DNA of 64,000 nt, taken from contig CBDCEW010000105.1 of the NCBI GenBank assembly GCA_965215885.1, forward strand, positions 1-64,000. The letters run 5' to 3'. Made by a program: the position numbers and the translations under genes. This stretch comes from Candidatus Moanibacter sp. (GTDB taxonomy: Bacteria; Verrucomicrobiota; Verrucomicrobiia; Opitutales; UBA2987). Shown piece after piece: positions 30,877 through 41,447 of this stretch (position 1 is the first letter of the stretch; each line of letters opens with the position of its first letter). The notes beneath the pieces are model-generated. The model ran no database searches and had not been told where the DNA came from. It worked only from the letters and a program-made list of their open reading frames with translations.

Positions 30877-32793
30877 GACCTTATCCGAAAAGCTACTGAT
30901 TGGCCGCAAAGAGGCGCAAAAGGCGCAAGAAAAACTTGAGAAAAATCATTTTTTGGCTTGATAAAAAGTGTCGCAACATGCTAGTGTTTAACAACCTAAG
31001 ATTAAGAAAGGAGTTAAACATGCCAACATGTGCGACAGAGGAGAACAAAAGCGATAAGACGCCCCTTAGCAACCTCATTCTGCCGGTTCCAGACACGGAT
31101 TTCCGTGATTTTCTGGATGAAGTTGAAGAATTGGCCGGGTTCGCGGCGCAAATCATCGAGGCGATCGAGAAGGATCTGGACGCCCATGCGCGTGAGAAGA
31201 AGAAACTTCGATTGGAAGATCGAAGGTTCTTTGAAGGGCGCACAGCGGAGCTGCCGGAGCTGGACATCGAGGAGGAGAATATTCTGGCTGCTGAATTGAA
31301 TCTTGGGGCAGGCCGGCCGCGGATGCCGGCTTATGCGGTATACGTGTTCGTGATGCTTCGAGGGTTTCTGGGTTCGTTGACCACGAAACCGGCACGGCGG
31401 TTTGTGCGCGAGTCGATGAGCTTGTACGGATTTTTGCAGAGCGGGGGACTGAGAATGCCGGCGGTGACGACGATTCTGGAGAACGTGAACCTGGTCAGCC
31501 ATACGACCCGCGAGTTGATCTTTGATAAACAGATTGGGTTTATCCTCCAGGAGCAATGGGACGATTTCGGGAAGCTGACGATCGACAGCACCTCGGTGAA
31601 AGCAAACAGCTGCTGGCCCACCGATGGGAAGATTCTGAGCGGTCTTTTGATGCGGGCCAATCGTTTGGGTCAGAAGTTGCATGTCTTCGGGCTGGAGGAT
31701 TTTCGCAAGGGATGGGTTGGGCGTTGGCTGGAGGAAATGGACAAGCTGGAGTTTCAGATTTGTCTGGCCGCGGGCAAACCGAAGTCGAAGGGCAAGCTGA
31801 AGAAACACTACCGGCGGTTGCTCAAGCGGGGCCGCAAGGCGGCCGACTCACTAACGGGGGAACTGAGCCATCTTGAAGAGGGCCTGTCGATGGATTCACT
31901 GCCTCCCACTCGCCGGGAGCTTCTGGAGCGGGCATTGAGCCAGATCAGGGGTGATATTGCCGACGCCAAGCGGGTTGTTGAGTATGCTCATGATCGGGTG
32001 TTTCACGAAAAGAAGCTACCGTCCACACAGAAGGTCCTGAGCCTCTCGGACGGATCGGCGGCCTACATCAAGAAGGGCAGCCGCAATCCAGTGATCGGGT
32101 ACAAGCCACAACTGGTTCGCAGCGAAAACGGTTTTGTCACCAGCCTGATCGTACCGCAAGGCAACGCGGCAGACTCCATTGAGCTGGCGCCGGCCATCGG
32201 CGATTCGATCAAGCGCACCGGTGTCATTGCTGAACTGGTCAGCACCGATGACGGATATGCTTCGGCGAAGGGACGCAAGGAGGTGCTGAGCATGGGGGTA
32301 AAGCAGATCAGTATCAGTGGGGCGAAGGGCAAGAAGTTGACCACCCCCGAGGACTGGGAGAGCGAGGCGTATCGCGAGGCACGCCGCGATCGCTCCGCAG
32401 TGGAGTCGCTGATGTTCACGATTAAAGATGGATTTGCCTTTGGCGAACTCGGCCGCCGCGGCATCGATGCGGTAGGCGATGAACTGCTCGAGAAGGTTCT
32501 GGCCTACAACTTCTGCCGCATCATACTGATGAAGAAACGCCGAGGGGAGGAACTGGAACAGGCAGCCTGAATCTGACCGCTTTGAAGCTCAGAGAAAAAA
32601 GCACCACGGGATGAGTATGCCTCCAGACAGCGGCAAATATACGTATTGTGCAGCAAGCCACGCCGATGGCCGCTCAATACCTGCTCATCGGCAGCGCCGG
32701 CAGCCTAAAACCCGAAACCTGCCAGCCATAGGCTGGTCCGCCCGTGGCGGAGAACCTTAAACCGCCCGCTCGAAAGGCTTTTCGAATGGGGTC
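30877..32793 (+). mobile_element. IS5/ISNCY-like element copy 2 (transposase 31020..32570)
   Basis: Same TIRs as copy 1; 6-bp TSD tagcca. Confidence 0.95.
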
Positions 32794-33194
32794 TAGCCAG
32801 CCTCTTCTCCGGATACACATCGTAAACCACCCCCTCAGGCATCATCTTGACCGTCGGATCGAGCAAATCTACGGGAATCTCGAGTATCGGATCGAGGGCG
32901 ATGTCGATATCGCTCGGGGTGGCATAGCTGATTTCTTTGACGGATTTATAGTACTTTGTGGGTAATTCCGCTTCGAGACTGAATACCGGCCAATCATTCG
33001 TTTTGGATTTCCGCCGGAATTCGAGTTTTATTTTCAAGGGCTTCCCGGGCATTGATTTTCCCACGCTTTCGCTATCGATCGACATCTTGGACTCCAGGGG
33101 TCTGCCATCCCGTGTAAACGACTTCACCATATATTCCTTTTCGTGTCGCAACAGGTCCAGGGGAAGCGACTCGGGCACCCGGGTAGACCGTCTA

Positions 33195-35111
33195 GACCTT
33201 ATCCGAAAAGCTACTGATTGGCCGCAAAGAGGCGCAAAAGGCGCAAGAAAAACTTGAGAAAAATCATTTTTTGGCTTGATAAAAAGTGTCGCAACATGCT
33301 AGTGTTTAACAACCTAAGATTAAGAAAGGAGTTAAACATGCCAACATGTGCGACAGAGGAGAACAAAAGCGATAAGACGCCCCTTAGCAACCTCATTCTG
33401 CCGGTTCCAGACACGGATTTCCGTGATTTTCTGGATGAAGTTGAAGAATTGGCCGGGTTCGCGGCGCAAATCATCGAGGCGATCGAGAAGGATCTGGACG
33501 CCCATGCGCGTGAGAAGAAGAAACTTCGATTGGAAGATCGAAGGTTCTTTGAAGGGCGCACAGCGGAGCTGCCGGAGCTGGACATCGAGGAGGAGAATAT
33601 TCTGGCTGCTGAATTGAATCTTGCGGTAGGCCGGCCGCGGATGCCGGCTTATGCGGTATACGTGTTCGTGATGATTCGTGGGTTTCTCGGTTCGTTGACC
33701 ACGAAACCGGCACGGCGGTTTGTGCGCGAGTCGATGAGCTTGTACGGATTTCTTCAGAGGCGGGGACTGAGGATGCCGGCGGTGACGACGATTCTGGAGA
33801 ACGTGAACCTGGTCAGCCATAGGACCCGCGAGCTGATCTTTGATAAACAGATTGGGTTTATCCTCCAGGAGCAATGGGACGATTTCGGGAAGCTGACGAT
33901 CGACAGCACCTCGGTGAAAGCAAACAGCTGCTGGCCCACCGATGGGAGGATTCTGAGCGGTCTTTTGATGCGGGCCAATCGTTTGGGTCAGAAGTTGCAT
34001 ATATTCGGGCTGGAGGATTTTCGCAAAGGATGGGTTGGGCGTTGGCTGCAGGAGATGGACAAGCTGGAGTTTCAGATTTGTCTGGCCGCGGGCAAACCGA
34101 AGTCGAAGGGCAAGCTGAAGAAACACTACCGGCGGTTGCTCAAGCGGGGCCGCAAGGCGGCCGACTCACTAACGGGGGAACTGAGCCATCTTGAAGAGGG
34201 CCTGTCGATGGATTCACTGCCTCCCACTCGCCGGGAGCTTCTGGAGCGGGCATTGAGCCAGATCAGGGGCGATATTGCCGACGCCAAGCGGGTTGTTGAG
34301 TATGCTCATGATCGGGTGTTTCACGAAAAGAAGCTACCGTCCACACAGAAGGTCCTGAGCCTCTCGGACGGATCGGCGGCCTACATCAAGAAGGGCAGCC
34401 GCAATCCAGTGATCGGGTACAAGCCACAACTGGTTCGCAGCGAAAACGGTTTTGTCACCAGCCTGATCGTACCGCAAGGCAACGCGGCAGACTCCATTGA
34501 GCTGGCGCCGGCCATCGGCGATTCGATCAAGCGCACCGGTGTCATTGCTGAACTGGTCAGCACCGATGACGGATATGCTTCGGCGAAGGGACGCAAGGAG
34601 GTGCTGAGCATGGGGGTAAAGCAGATCAGTATCAGTGGGGCGAAGGGCAAGAAGTTGACCACCCCCGAGGACTGGGAGAGCGAGGCGTATCGCGAGGCAC
34701 GCCGCGATCGCTCCGCAGTGGAGTCGCTGATGTTCACGATTAAAGATGGATTTGCCTTTGGCGAACTCGGCCGCCGCGGCATCGATGCGGTAGGCGATGA
34801 ACTGCTCGAGAAGGTTCTGGCCTACAACTTCTGCCGCATCATACTGATGAAGAAACGCCGAGGGGAGGAACTGGAACAGGCAGCCTGAATCTGACCGCTT
34901 TGAAGCTCAGAGAAAAAAGCACCACGGGATGAGTATGCCTCCAGACAGCGGCAAATATACGTATTGTGCAGCAAGCCACGCCGATGGCCGCTCAATACCT
35001 GCTCATCGGCAGCGCCGGCAGCCTAAAACCCGAAACCTGCCAGCCATAGGCTGGTCCGCCCGTGGCGGAGAACCTTAAACCGCCCGCTCGAAAGGCTTTT
35101 CGAATGGGGTC
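33195..35111 (+). mobile_element. IS5/ISNCY-like element copy 3 (transposase 33338..34888)
   Basis: Same TIRs; 6-bp TSD cgtcta. Confidence 0.95.
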
Positions 35112-35606
35112 CGTCTAAAGACATAACTCTCTGTTTGGTGATTCTCCAGGCTCACTGTGATTTTCTTTTCCGGCCAGGGTGACGTCTTATCCGATCTCTC
35201 AAATACTATGGACTCGGATATCGGCGTCTTCCCAAGAGTCTCTCCATTGACACTGACCGAGGCACCACTTGGGCGCGTATCAAATCTCAGGCTCACGAGT
35301 TCCCTGATCCGTTCCAACCTAACCTCGGGCGGCAGCGAATCATCTTTTGATAGTAAAATTCGCTCCGTTTGAAAGTCCTCCAGGACGAGTGACAACTCCC
35401 GGCTCTTCCACGGTGCACTCTTGTTATCTCTACTAAAGGCAACCTCGAAACTCAAGGGTGTCTGCCCCTGGGTTTCACCATCCAACTCCACTGCGGCGCC
35501 GGTGGGGTCGCTATCCAGGGAGTAGGACTCGCTCACCACAATCGGTTGAAGGGTGATGTTGACGACTTTTACTCTGCTCCGGACATCATAAGATACTGTT
35601 TCAGCA

Positions 35607-35703
35607 GTAAAGATCCTCGGGGCAAGCCCCGAGGCATTTGATATTAGACTTTATGAATTAGAAACGAAGCAAGCTTCGGGGAATTAAACCCGAAGCGATT
35701 AAA
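35607..35703. mobile_element. 97-bp double-hairpin non-autonomous insertion (IS200/IS605-end-like)
   Basis: Hairpins cctcgggg-caag-ccccgagg and gcttcggg...cccgaagc; precise removal restores the kinase gene frame; no TSD. Confidence 0.7.
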
Positions 35704-37544
35704 AGGGGTACCTCGCCCGGCAACATCAGCGTTAGTCTATCATTGTTCAATTGCAGGATCTCAGATTCGAAACTGGCCGAAGTCTCAGTTTGCGAGGCAA
35801 GCTTCCCGCTTTTTTCTGCATCAAACAGTGGCAGAGTCTTCACGCCAGTTCGGTCCGTCAATACCGGGACCGACCCGGCATCTGTCTCAACCTCACTCAT
35901 CGGTCCATCCCCGCTCGTGAGCGAGTCTTGAACCGGGCTGGTAGCATCCCCCCTTCCGCTCCGCTTCCCCGGGGTATGGAATAATCTGCCGCAATTCATG
36001 ATGAATTGTTCCATACGCCTCTTTCGCATACTCCGGTAGGGGAAGCGCTGAAGGGGGAACCAAATAAGCAACACAAAGGGCCGCCAAGAGGAGACAGGTA
36101 AACATCAGCGCCATTAGCCACCGAGTGCGGGTGGGCCTTCTTTTTTCTTCCTGCTTCTCCTTGACTTCCTTCTCCGTTGGGGGCACCTGCACGATGACCG
36201 TCTCATCGTCAAACGTTTGCGTCTGCGTATCGCCCTCCGAGTCTGCAAACAACCCTCTTGCCGGGGTTCTTGCGAAGTCCGGACCGTCTGGCAGCAAACC
36301 AAGACATTGAGCTACCTCTCGCGCCGATTGTGGACGACCCGAAGGCTCTTTTGCCAGGCACCGTCCAATCGTCGATTCCCATTCTTCAGGAACCGGCTCT
36401 CCCTTTAATTCGAATAGCGCCCTTTGTTCATTTATCGGAGTCGGCTCCTTTTCCCTCACCTGAATGAAAATTTCACCCCTGAAGAATGGAGGTTTGCCCG
36501 TTAGAAGCTCATAAAGGGTAGAGCCCAATGCATAGATGTCGTCGCTCGCTGAGGGATGCTCTCCCATCATTTGCTGCGGACTCATGTAAGCCAGAGTTCC
36601 CGATGTGGTTCTCTCCCGTGTCAGGCGGCTGTGCGTTTCATGCAAACTGCAAGCGACCCCAAAGTCAGCCACTTTTAGATTGCTCTCTTCACTCACCATT
36701 AGATTTGCCGGCTTGAGATCCCGGTGTACGATCCGCGCCGATGAATGCGCATATTCCAGCGCCTCACACAATTGCCGGGTCCATCGGTCGATCTCGCCAG
36801 CTGAAAAGGCGGTGCCGGTTTCGTCGAAATGATTGGCGTTTAATTTTCTAAGCGTCGAACCTGTCACGTATTCCATCGCAATGGCTGCCATCTCCTCGTT
36901 ACTCACAAGATCATGGATGCGAACGATATTTGGATGAGTGAGTTCAAGGCTCTTGTTCGTCTCCTGCTTCAGGTCTTTGAGAGCCACTTCATCCAGACGC
37001 ACCAGTTCGGGCAGGAATTTCAGCGCCACGTCCCGCTCCAGTTTGCTGTCGCGGCAGCGCCATACCACGCCCATACCCCCTCGCCCCAGTAGGTCTTCCA
37101 GAGAGTAACGGCCGAATACGAACTGACCTTCCCTTAACCCCGGTACCGTTTCGCCAAATTCGGCCTCCGATTGCGGAGATTCCGACATAAATCAGCGTGA
37201 TGTTGCAAGGTAAAGGCCAAAAAAGGCAATCCATTTATGCTTGCCTGCACCCCTTCCAATCAGATCCCCTCCGGGGTTGGTTGACCATCACTGAGTTTTA
37301 CTTCCGTTCCGCGCCAGCGGGCCAGGTCCCCTCGTGGGAGGGGTTAGGGGCAAACGGCTAAAAAGTTGACTCGCTAAACTTCCCATTCCATGCTGAACTC
37401 GAGTACTTAAGGCATCAACTGGCCGGCCACTTGGACAGTAATTCTTATCCTGGGATTCGGTCGGACTCCAAGTTCGACAGATTCCTCATCTGAAGAAATC
37501 CGTTCACCAAAAAGTAGAAAGAGCCCGCATTCTCACAATCAGCT

Positions 37545-38408
37545 ATGCCCGCCACAATTGAAAATTCAGAGGGCGAGAAGATCCCATTCAGTGGAACCTG
37601 CTCTTTCGGAAGAACACCCTCAAACACGGTAGCTCTTACCGATAACGGTGTCTCTCGAAGGCACGCAATTATCCACTATCAAGATGGTGGTGACTACCTT
37701 CTTGTAGACCTCGGGAGCACCAATGGCACCATGCTTAACGGCCGCTATCTACATCGGCCAACTGTCCTGAAAAGTGGCGACCGCATCTCTATCCTTAGCC
37801 AAAGCTTTTCTTTCTTCAATCAGGATGAAGAAGGGGTCCCGGGTCAACCGGGTGGGACGTCCACTCCCTTTGATCAGAAAACCATTGCCAGCATTGGTTT
37901 TGTCGACTGCTGGCTCCTGGTTGCGGATATTCGGGGTTTTACCAAATTCAGTCAAACGATTGCCCCCGATGAACTCACACGAATGGTTGGAAAATGGCTC
38001 CTGAGCTGCAGCGATATTATCGAGAATCACAGTGGTGTCATAAACAAGTATCTCGGCGATGGATTCCTCGCCTACTGGAGGGACGCTGAGGACATGAACA
38101 GGAGAGTCGCGGGAGCGATCGATGCTTTCAAGGTAATACAAGCCAAAGGTGATCCAAATTTCAGAATCGTCTTACACTACGGGTCCGTAGCGATTGGAGG
38201 CGCCCCGGGTCACGGTGAGGAGAGTATGCTTGGGCCCGATTTGAATTTTGCCTTTCGTATGGAAAAGGTCGCCTCCAAAGAAGGAGCGGACCTTGTATTC
38301 AGTGAGGCGGCCTTCGATAAATGGCCGGAGACTCTCCCCCATGAGACTTTCAATTCCGACGTTCCAGGATTCGATGGCACCCGCCTATTCTACTCTGTAG
38401 TCGATTAG
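37545..38408 (+). CDS. FHA domain + class III adenylate/guanylate cyclase
   Basis: FHA (GR, VSRRHA, DLGSTNGT); cyclase (ADIRGFT, KYLGDG, N.AFRME). Confidence 0.92.
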   Translation: MPATIENSEGEKIPFSGTCSFGRTPSNTVALTDNGVSRRHAIIHYQDGGDYLLVDLGSTNGTMLNGRYLHRPTVLKSGDRISILSQSFSFFNQDEEGVPGQPGGTSTPFDQKTIASIGFVDCWLLVADIRGFTKFSQTIAPDELTRMVGKWLLSCSDIIENHSGVINKYLGDGFLAYWRDAEDMNRRVAGAIDAFKVIQAKGDPNFRIVLHYGSVAIGGAPGHGEESMLGPDLNFAFRMEKVASKEGADLVFSEAAFDKWPETLPHETFNSDVPGFDGTRLFYSVVD

Positions 38409-38520
38409 GAGATTAAACTTCGGCTCCGCCAAAGTCCTCTCCAAAGGTCGAAAGGCTTTGACTGTCTTACCCCTTGTATCCCGCCTCCCAATTCCATATC
38501 CTTTCCCAAGCCATGATTTA

Positions 38521-38927
38521 TCTTCCGACTTCCGACTTCCGACTTCCGACTTCCGACTTCGACTTCCGACTTCCGACTCCGACTTCCGACTTCCGACCTC
38601 CGAATTCCGACCTCCGACCTCCGACCTCCGACTTCCGATACCCTTCCGACTTCCGACCTCCGACCTTCCGACCTCCGACCTCCGACCTCCGACCTCCGAC
38701 CTCCGACCTCCGACCTCCGACTTCCGACCTCCGACTTCCGACTTCCGACTTCCGACTCCGACTTCCGACTTCCGACCTCCGACCTCCGACCTCCGACCTC
38801 CGACCTTCCGACCTCTGACCTCCGACCTCCGACCTCCGACCTCTGACCTTCCGACCTCTGACCTTCGACCTCTGACCTTCGACCTCTCTCGACCTCTGAC
38901 CTCCGACTTCTGACTTCCGAACTCTGA
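38521..38927. repeat. Heptamer tandem repeat (CCGACYT)n, about 55-60 units
   Basis: Continuous cttccga/cctccga/cctctga units. Confidence 0.95.
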
Positions 38928-40045
38928 ACACTCGCTTCCTTCTCCTCCTCCTCACCCTCGCCGCCATCTGCCTCGGCCTGCCTCTTCTTGGCATAATCGT
39001 CAGCGATTTGCCTCTCCAGGACTATCTCCAGTTTCCACCCCCTACCCGTTTCAAGGAACACCCCAGCTTCTCACTCCCAGCGACCTGTGCCTTCGCTGTA
39101 ATCACCATTCTTCTCGTCGCCATCTGGATAATGGGTCGGCCGGCGTACTCACCGGCGCTCGTTCCGTCTCCTTCCACCCACCGCTACCGCTTTCCAACCT
39201 GGGGCTGGTTTGGACTAGGTTTCGGCGCTGTCACCTGGGTCCTCGCCTGGTCGCGTTTCCCATGGTTCTCGTCGCTTCAATCATATACATTCACCCCGCT
39301 TTGGCTGAGTTTCATTATTGTGATCAACGCACTCACCGTTCGACGGAAGGGTTCATGCCTCATTATCAAGCAGACAGCTCTCTTTTTAGCCCTCTTCCCC
39401 GCCAGCGCGCTCTTCTGGTGGACCTTTGAGTACTTCAACCGCTTCGTCCGAAACTGGTACTATCTTGAGGTTGACCGCGTGAGCGCCCTCGAATACGGGA
39501 TTCACGCTTCCATCTGTTTCTCCACAGTCCTTCCCGCCGTCTATAGCGTCTACGCTTTTCTCTCCTCCTTCCCTGGGCTGCAGCGCATTTTTTCCCACGG
39601 TCCGCCCCTGCGTTTGCGCTACAAAGCCGAGATGGCATTCCTGCTCCTCCCGGCCTCGGCCGCTTCCTTTTTCTTCATCGGGCTCTATCCGCATATCCTC
39701 TATCCTCTCCTCTGGTCCGGACCACTCCTCACCTGGATCGCCCTCAATTATCTGGCGCGCACTCCCATCGACTTCGGCGGCATCGAAAACGGTGATTGGA
39801 GATATCTCTTCACCTGGGCCCTCGCCGCTCTCTTCTGCGGCTTCTTCTGGGAGATGTGGAACTTCTACAGTCACGCGAAATGGGTTTACAGTGTGCCTTA
39901 CTTCCAAGCCTTCCACATCTTCGAAATGCCCTTGCTCGGATACACCGGTTACCTCCCTTTCGGCCTCGAATGCGCCTGCGTTATCCAGGTCTTCTACGGT
40001 AGGGAAACGAGCAGAGTTCAGTTTTCAGAGTTCAGGAAAGAGTGA
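38924..40045 (+). CDS. Multi-pass membrane protein of unknown function; start codon unclear
   Basis: Trp-rich TM protein (FEYFNRFVRNWYY, GFFWEMWN, FEMPLLGY.GY.PF); frame extends upstream to a CTG at 38924. Confidence 0.75.
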   Translation: MNTRFLLLLLTLAAICLGLPLLGIIVSDLPLQDYLQFPPPTRFKEHPSFSLPATCAFAVITILLVAIWIMGRPAYSPALVPSPSTHRYRFPTWGWFGLGFGAVTWVLAWSRFPWFSSLQSYTFTPLWLSFIIVINALTVRRKGSCLIIKQTALFLALFPASALFWWTFEYFNRFVRNWYYLEVDRVSALEYGIHASICFSTVLPAVYSVYAFLSSFPGLQRIFSHGPPLRLRYKAEMAFLLLPASAASFFFIGLYPHILYPLLWSGPLLTWIALNYLARTPIDFGGIENGDWRYLFTWALAALFCGFFWEMWNFYSHAKWVYSVPYFQAFHIFEMPLLGYTGYLPFGLECACVIQVFYGRETSRVQFSEFRKE

Positions 40046-40389
40046 CCAATATTCAGTCCTCGGGACTCTTCCACCCACCATTCGACCCTCCCTCACCCGC
40101 CACATGGCACTCGTCAGTTTCCCACTTACGCTATTCAACGGTTCACTCTTCACTCTTACTTTCATTCTCCCTCTCCGTCGGATCCCGCTGAGCGGGAGTA
40201 GACCCCGAGCTCGTCGAAGGGCTTCCTTCGCTTTCGCGCATTTTCGCGTTTTTGGCGGGCATAACTCTTCGAGAACGAGAACGATTACGAGCACGACAAA
40301 GAGGATTACTTTCCACCGTCACTCTGCAACTTTTCACTTTTCACTGCTGATCCCGCTCAGCAGGACGAAGTCCCGGCTTGCCGGGCTCA

Positions 40390-40774
40390 CCGGGGAGAAG
40401 GAGCGCCTCCGGAAGATCAAAGCGAGAATCTCCCGGAGGGATACCAGAACGACCTGCTGAGAAACCATCCTGGGGGGCTCCCGCAAATCAGGAAGCTGCT
40501 TGCTGGTTGGAGAAAACGTGGTGAAAACGAGCCACAGATTTCCCTCGACCGGCTTGCGGAGATTCAGGTTAGAACATTGATTATGTGCGGGGATCGTGAC
40601 GAGACCTTCACGCTTCCGGTGATTATGGAGCTTTACCAATCATTTCCCAATGCCGAACTTTGGATCGCGCCCGGATCCGGTCATCCGCTTTACTGGACGG
40701 AGTGGGGAGGAAGCCGTTTTCTCGAGGATGCTTTCCCCAAGGTCGCGCTTCGTTTTTTTCGAGACAAGGACTAA
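40390..40774 (+). pseudogene. C-terminal remnant of an alpha/beta hydrolase
   Basis: TLIMCGDRD...PNAELWIAPGSGHP; no N-terminal half seen. Confidence 0.6.
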
Positions 40775-40803
40775 CTCGAAAATCCGTGAGATTTTCGGGT
40801 TAG
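40771..40803. repeat. 33-bp hairpin repeat overlapping a stop codon (copy at 52089)
   Basis: ctaactcgaaaatc-cgtga-gattttcgggttag. Confidence 0.7.
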
Positions 40804-40900
40804 AGAAAGCGAAACTGCACATGGAAAGAAGGGGGGCAAGCCGTCAAAATCTTGTTTTTTAGCAAGGTTTGACGTAGAAGAGGCTGATATTCAATGAAAT

Positions 40901-41095
40901 ACAGTCGACCCGTCGTCGCTTCGCTTTGCCGAGGCAGGCAAGGTTTGGGATCCCGCTCAGCGGGATTCGCGACGAGGTTTCCAAGGGAAGTAGGAGTTTC
41001 TTTCTGCATTCGCGTACATCTGCTTGGTCTGCCGTACGGCAGACCGGTTCTCTTCTTCTTTTTTGATTGCGGCTTAGCTGCGCCAGGCCATCCGT
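40901..41095. repeat. Composite dispersed repeat (inverted homolog at 53328-53524)
   Basis: Shares cagtcgacccgtcgtcgcttcgctttgcc, ccaagggaagtaggagtttc and ggtctgccgtacggcagacc with the other copies. Confidence 0.8.
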
Positions 41096-41447
41096 GTCAG
41101 GACATGAACTCATCCCGAAGGATCCGGGATCGGCGTTCGTAGCGTCCAGGCCAATCAACAAGCAGGTCGCCGTTTTCGACCATCAATCTCAGAGGATTGG
41201 AGCGCGTTTTCAATGGCAGATGGATCTTCTGCCGTTTCCGCGCTGATTCGAAGAGAGCCATCATCACTTCCTGAACCGCAAGGCGTCGGGATGGTTGTCG
41301 GCGATGGCGGCAATCTGCGTCGGCTGTCCGTGAACCCCCAACCAGCCGCGTGCATGCACGCGGGCAATCTTTCCCCGTAGCTTGCTAAGGGGTCGCTGAC
41401 TTTCTCAAGCATCATCGTGCGCGGAGCACCCGATCCACCAGTAGCAA

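Larger units (their letters stand above)
29921..37188 (-). pseudogene. Ser/Thr kinase-TM-PEGA repeats-TolB/PD40 beta-propeller protein, broken by four lesions
   Basis: Hanks motifs GRGGMG, VALK, HRDLKPAN, DFG; PEGA-like SDPTGAAVELDG repeats; PD40-like SPDG and PAWSP. Frame is restored across each lesion. Confidence 0.85.

Noticed and set aside
30877..35111. Composite transposon formed by IS copies 2 and 3
   Set aside because: Each copy has its own TSD, and the middle segment is an in-frame piece of the host gene.
38405..39061. ORFs rich in RRSEVGG / PTSDLR
   Set aside because: Translation artefacts of the heptamer tract.
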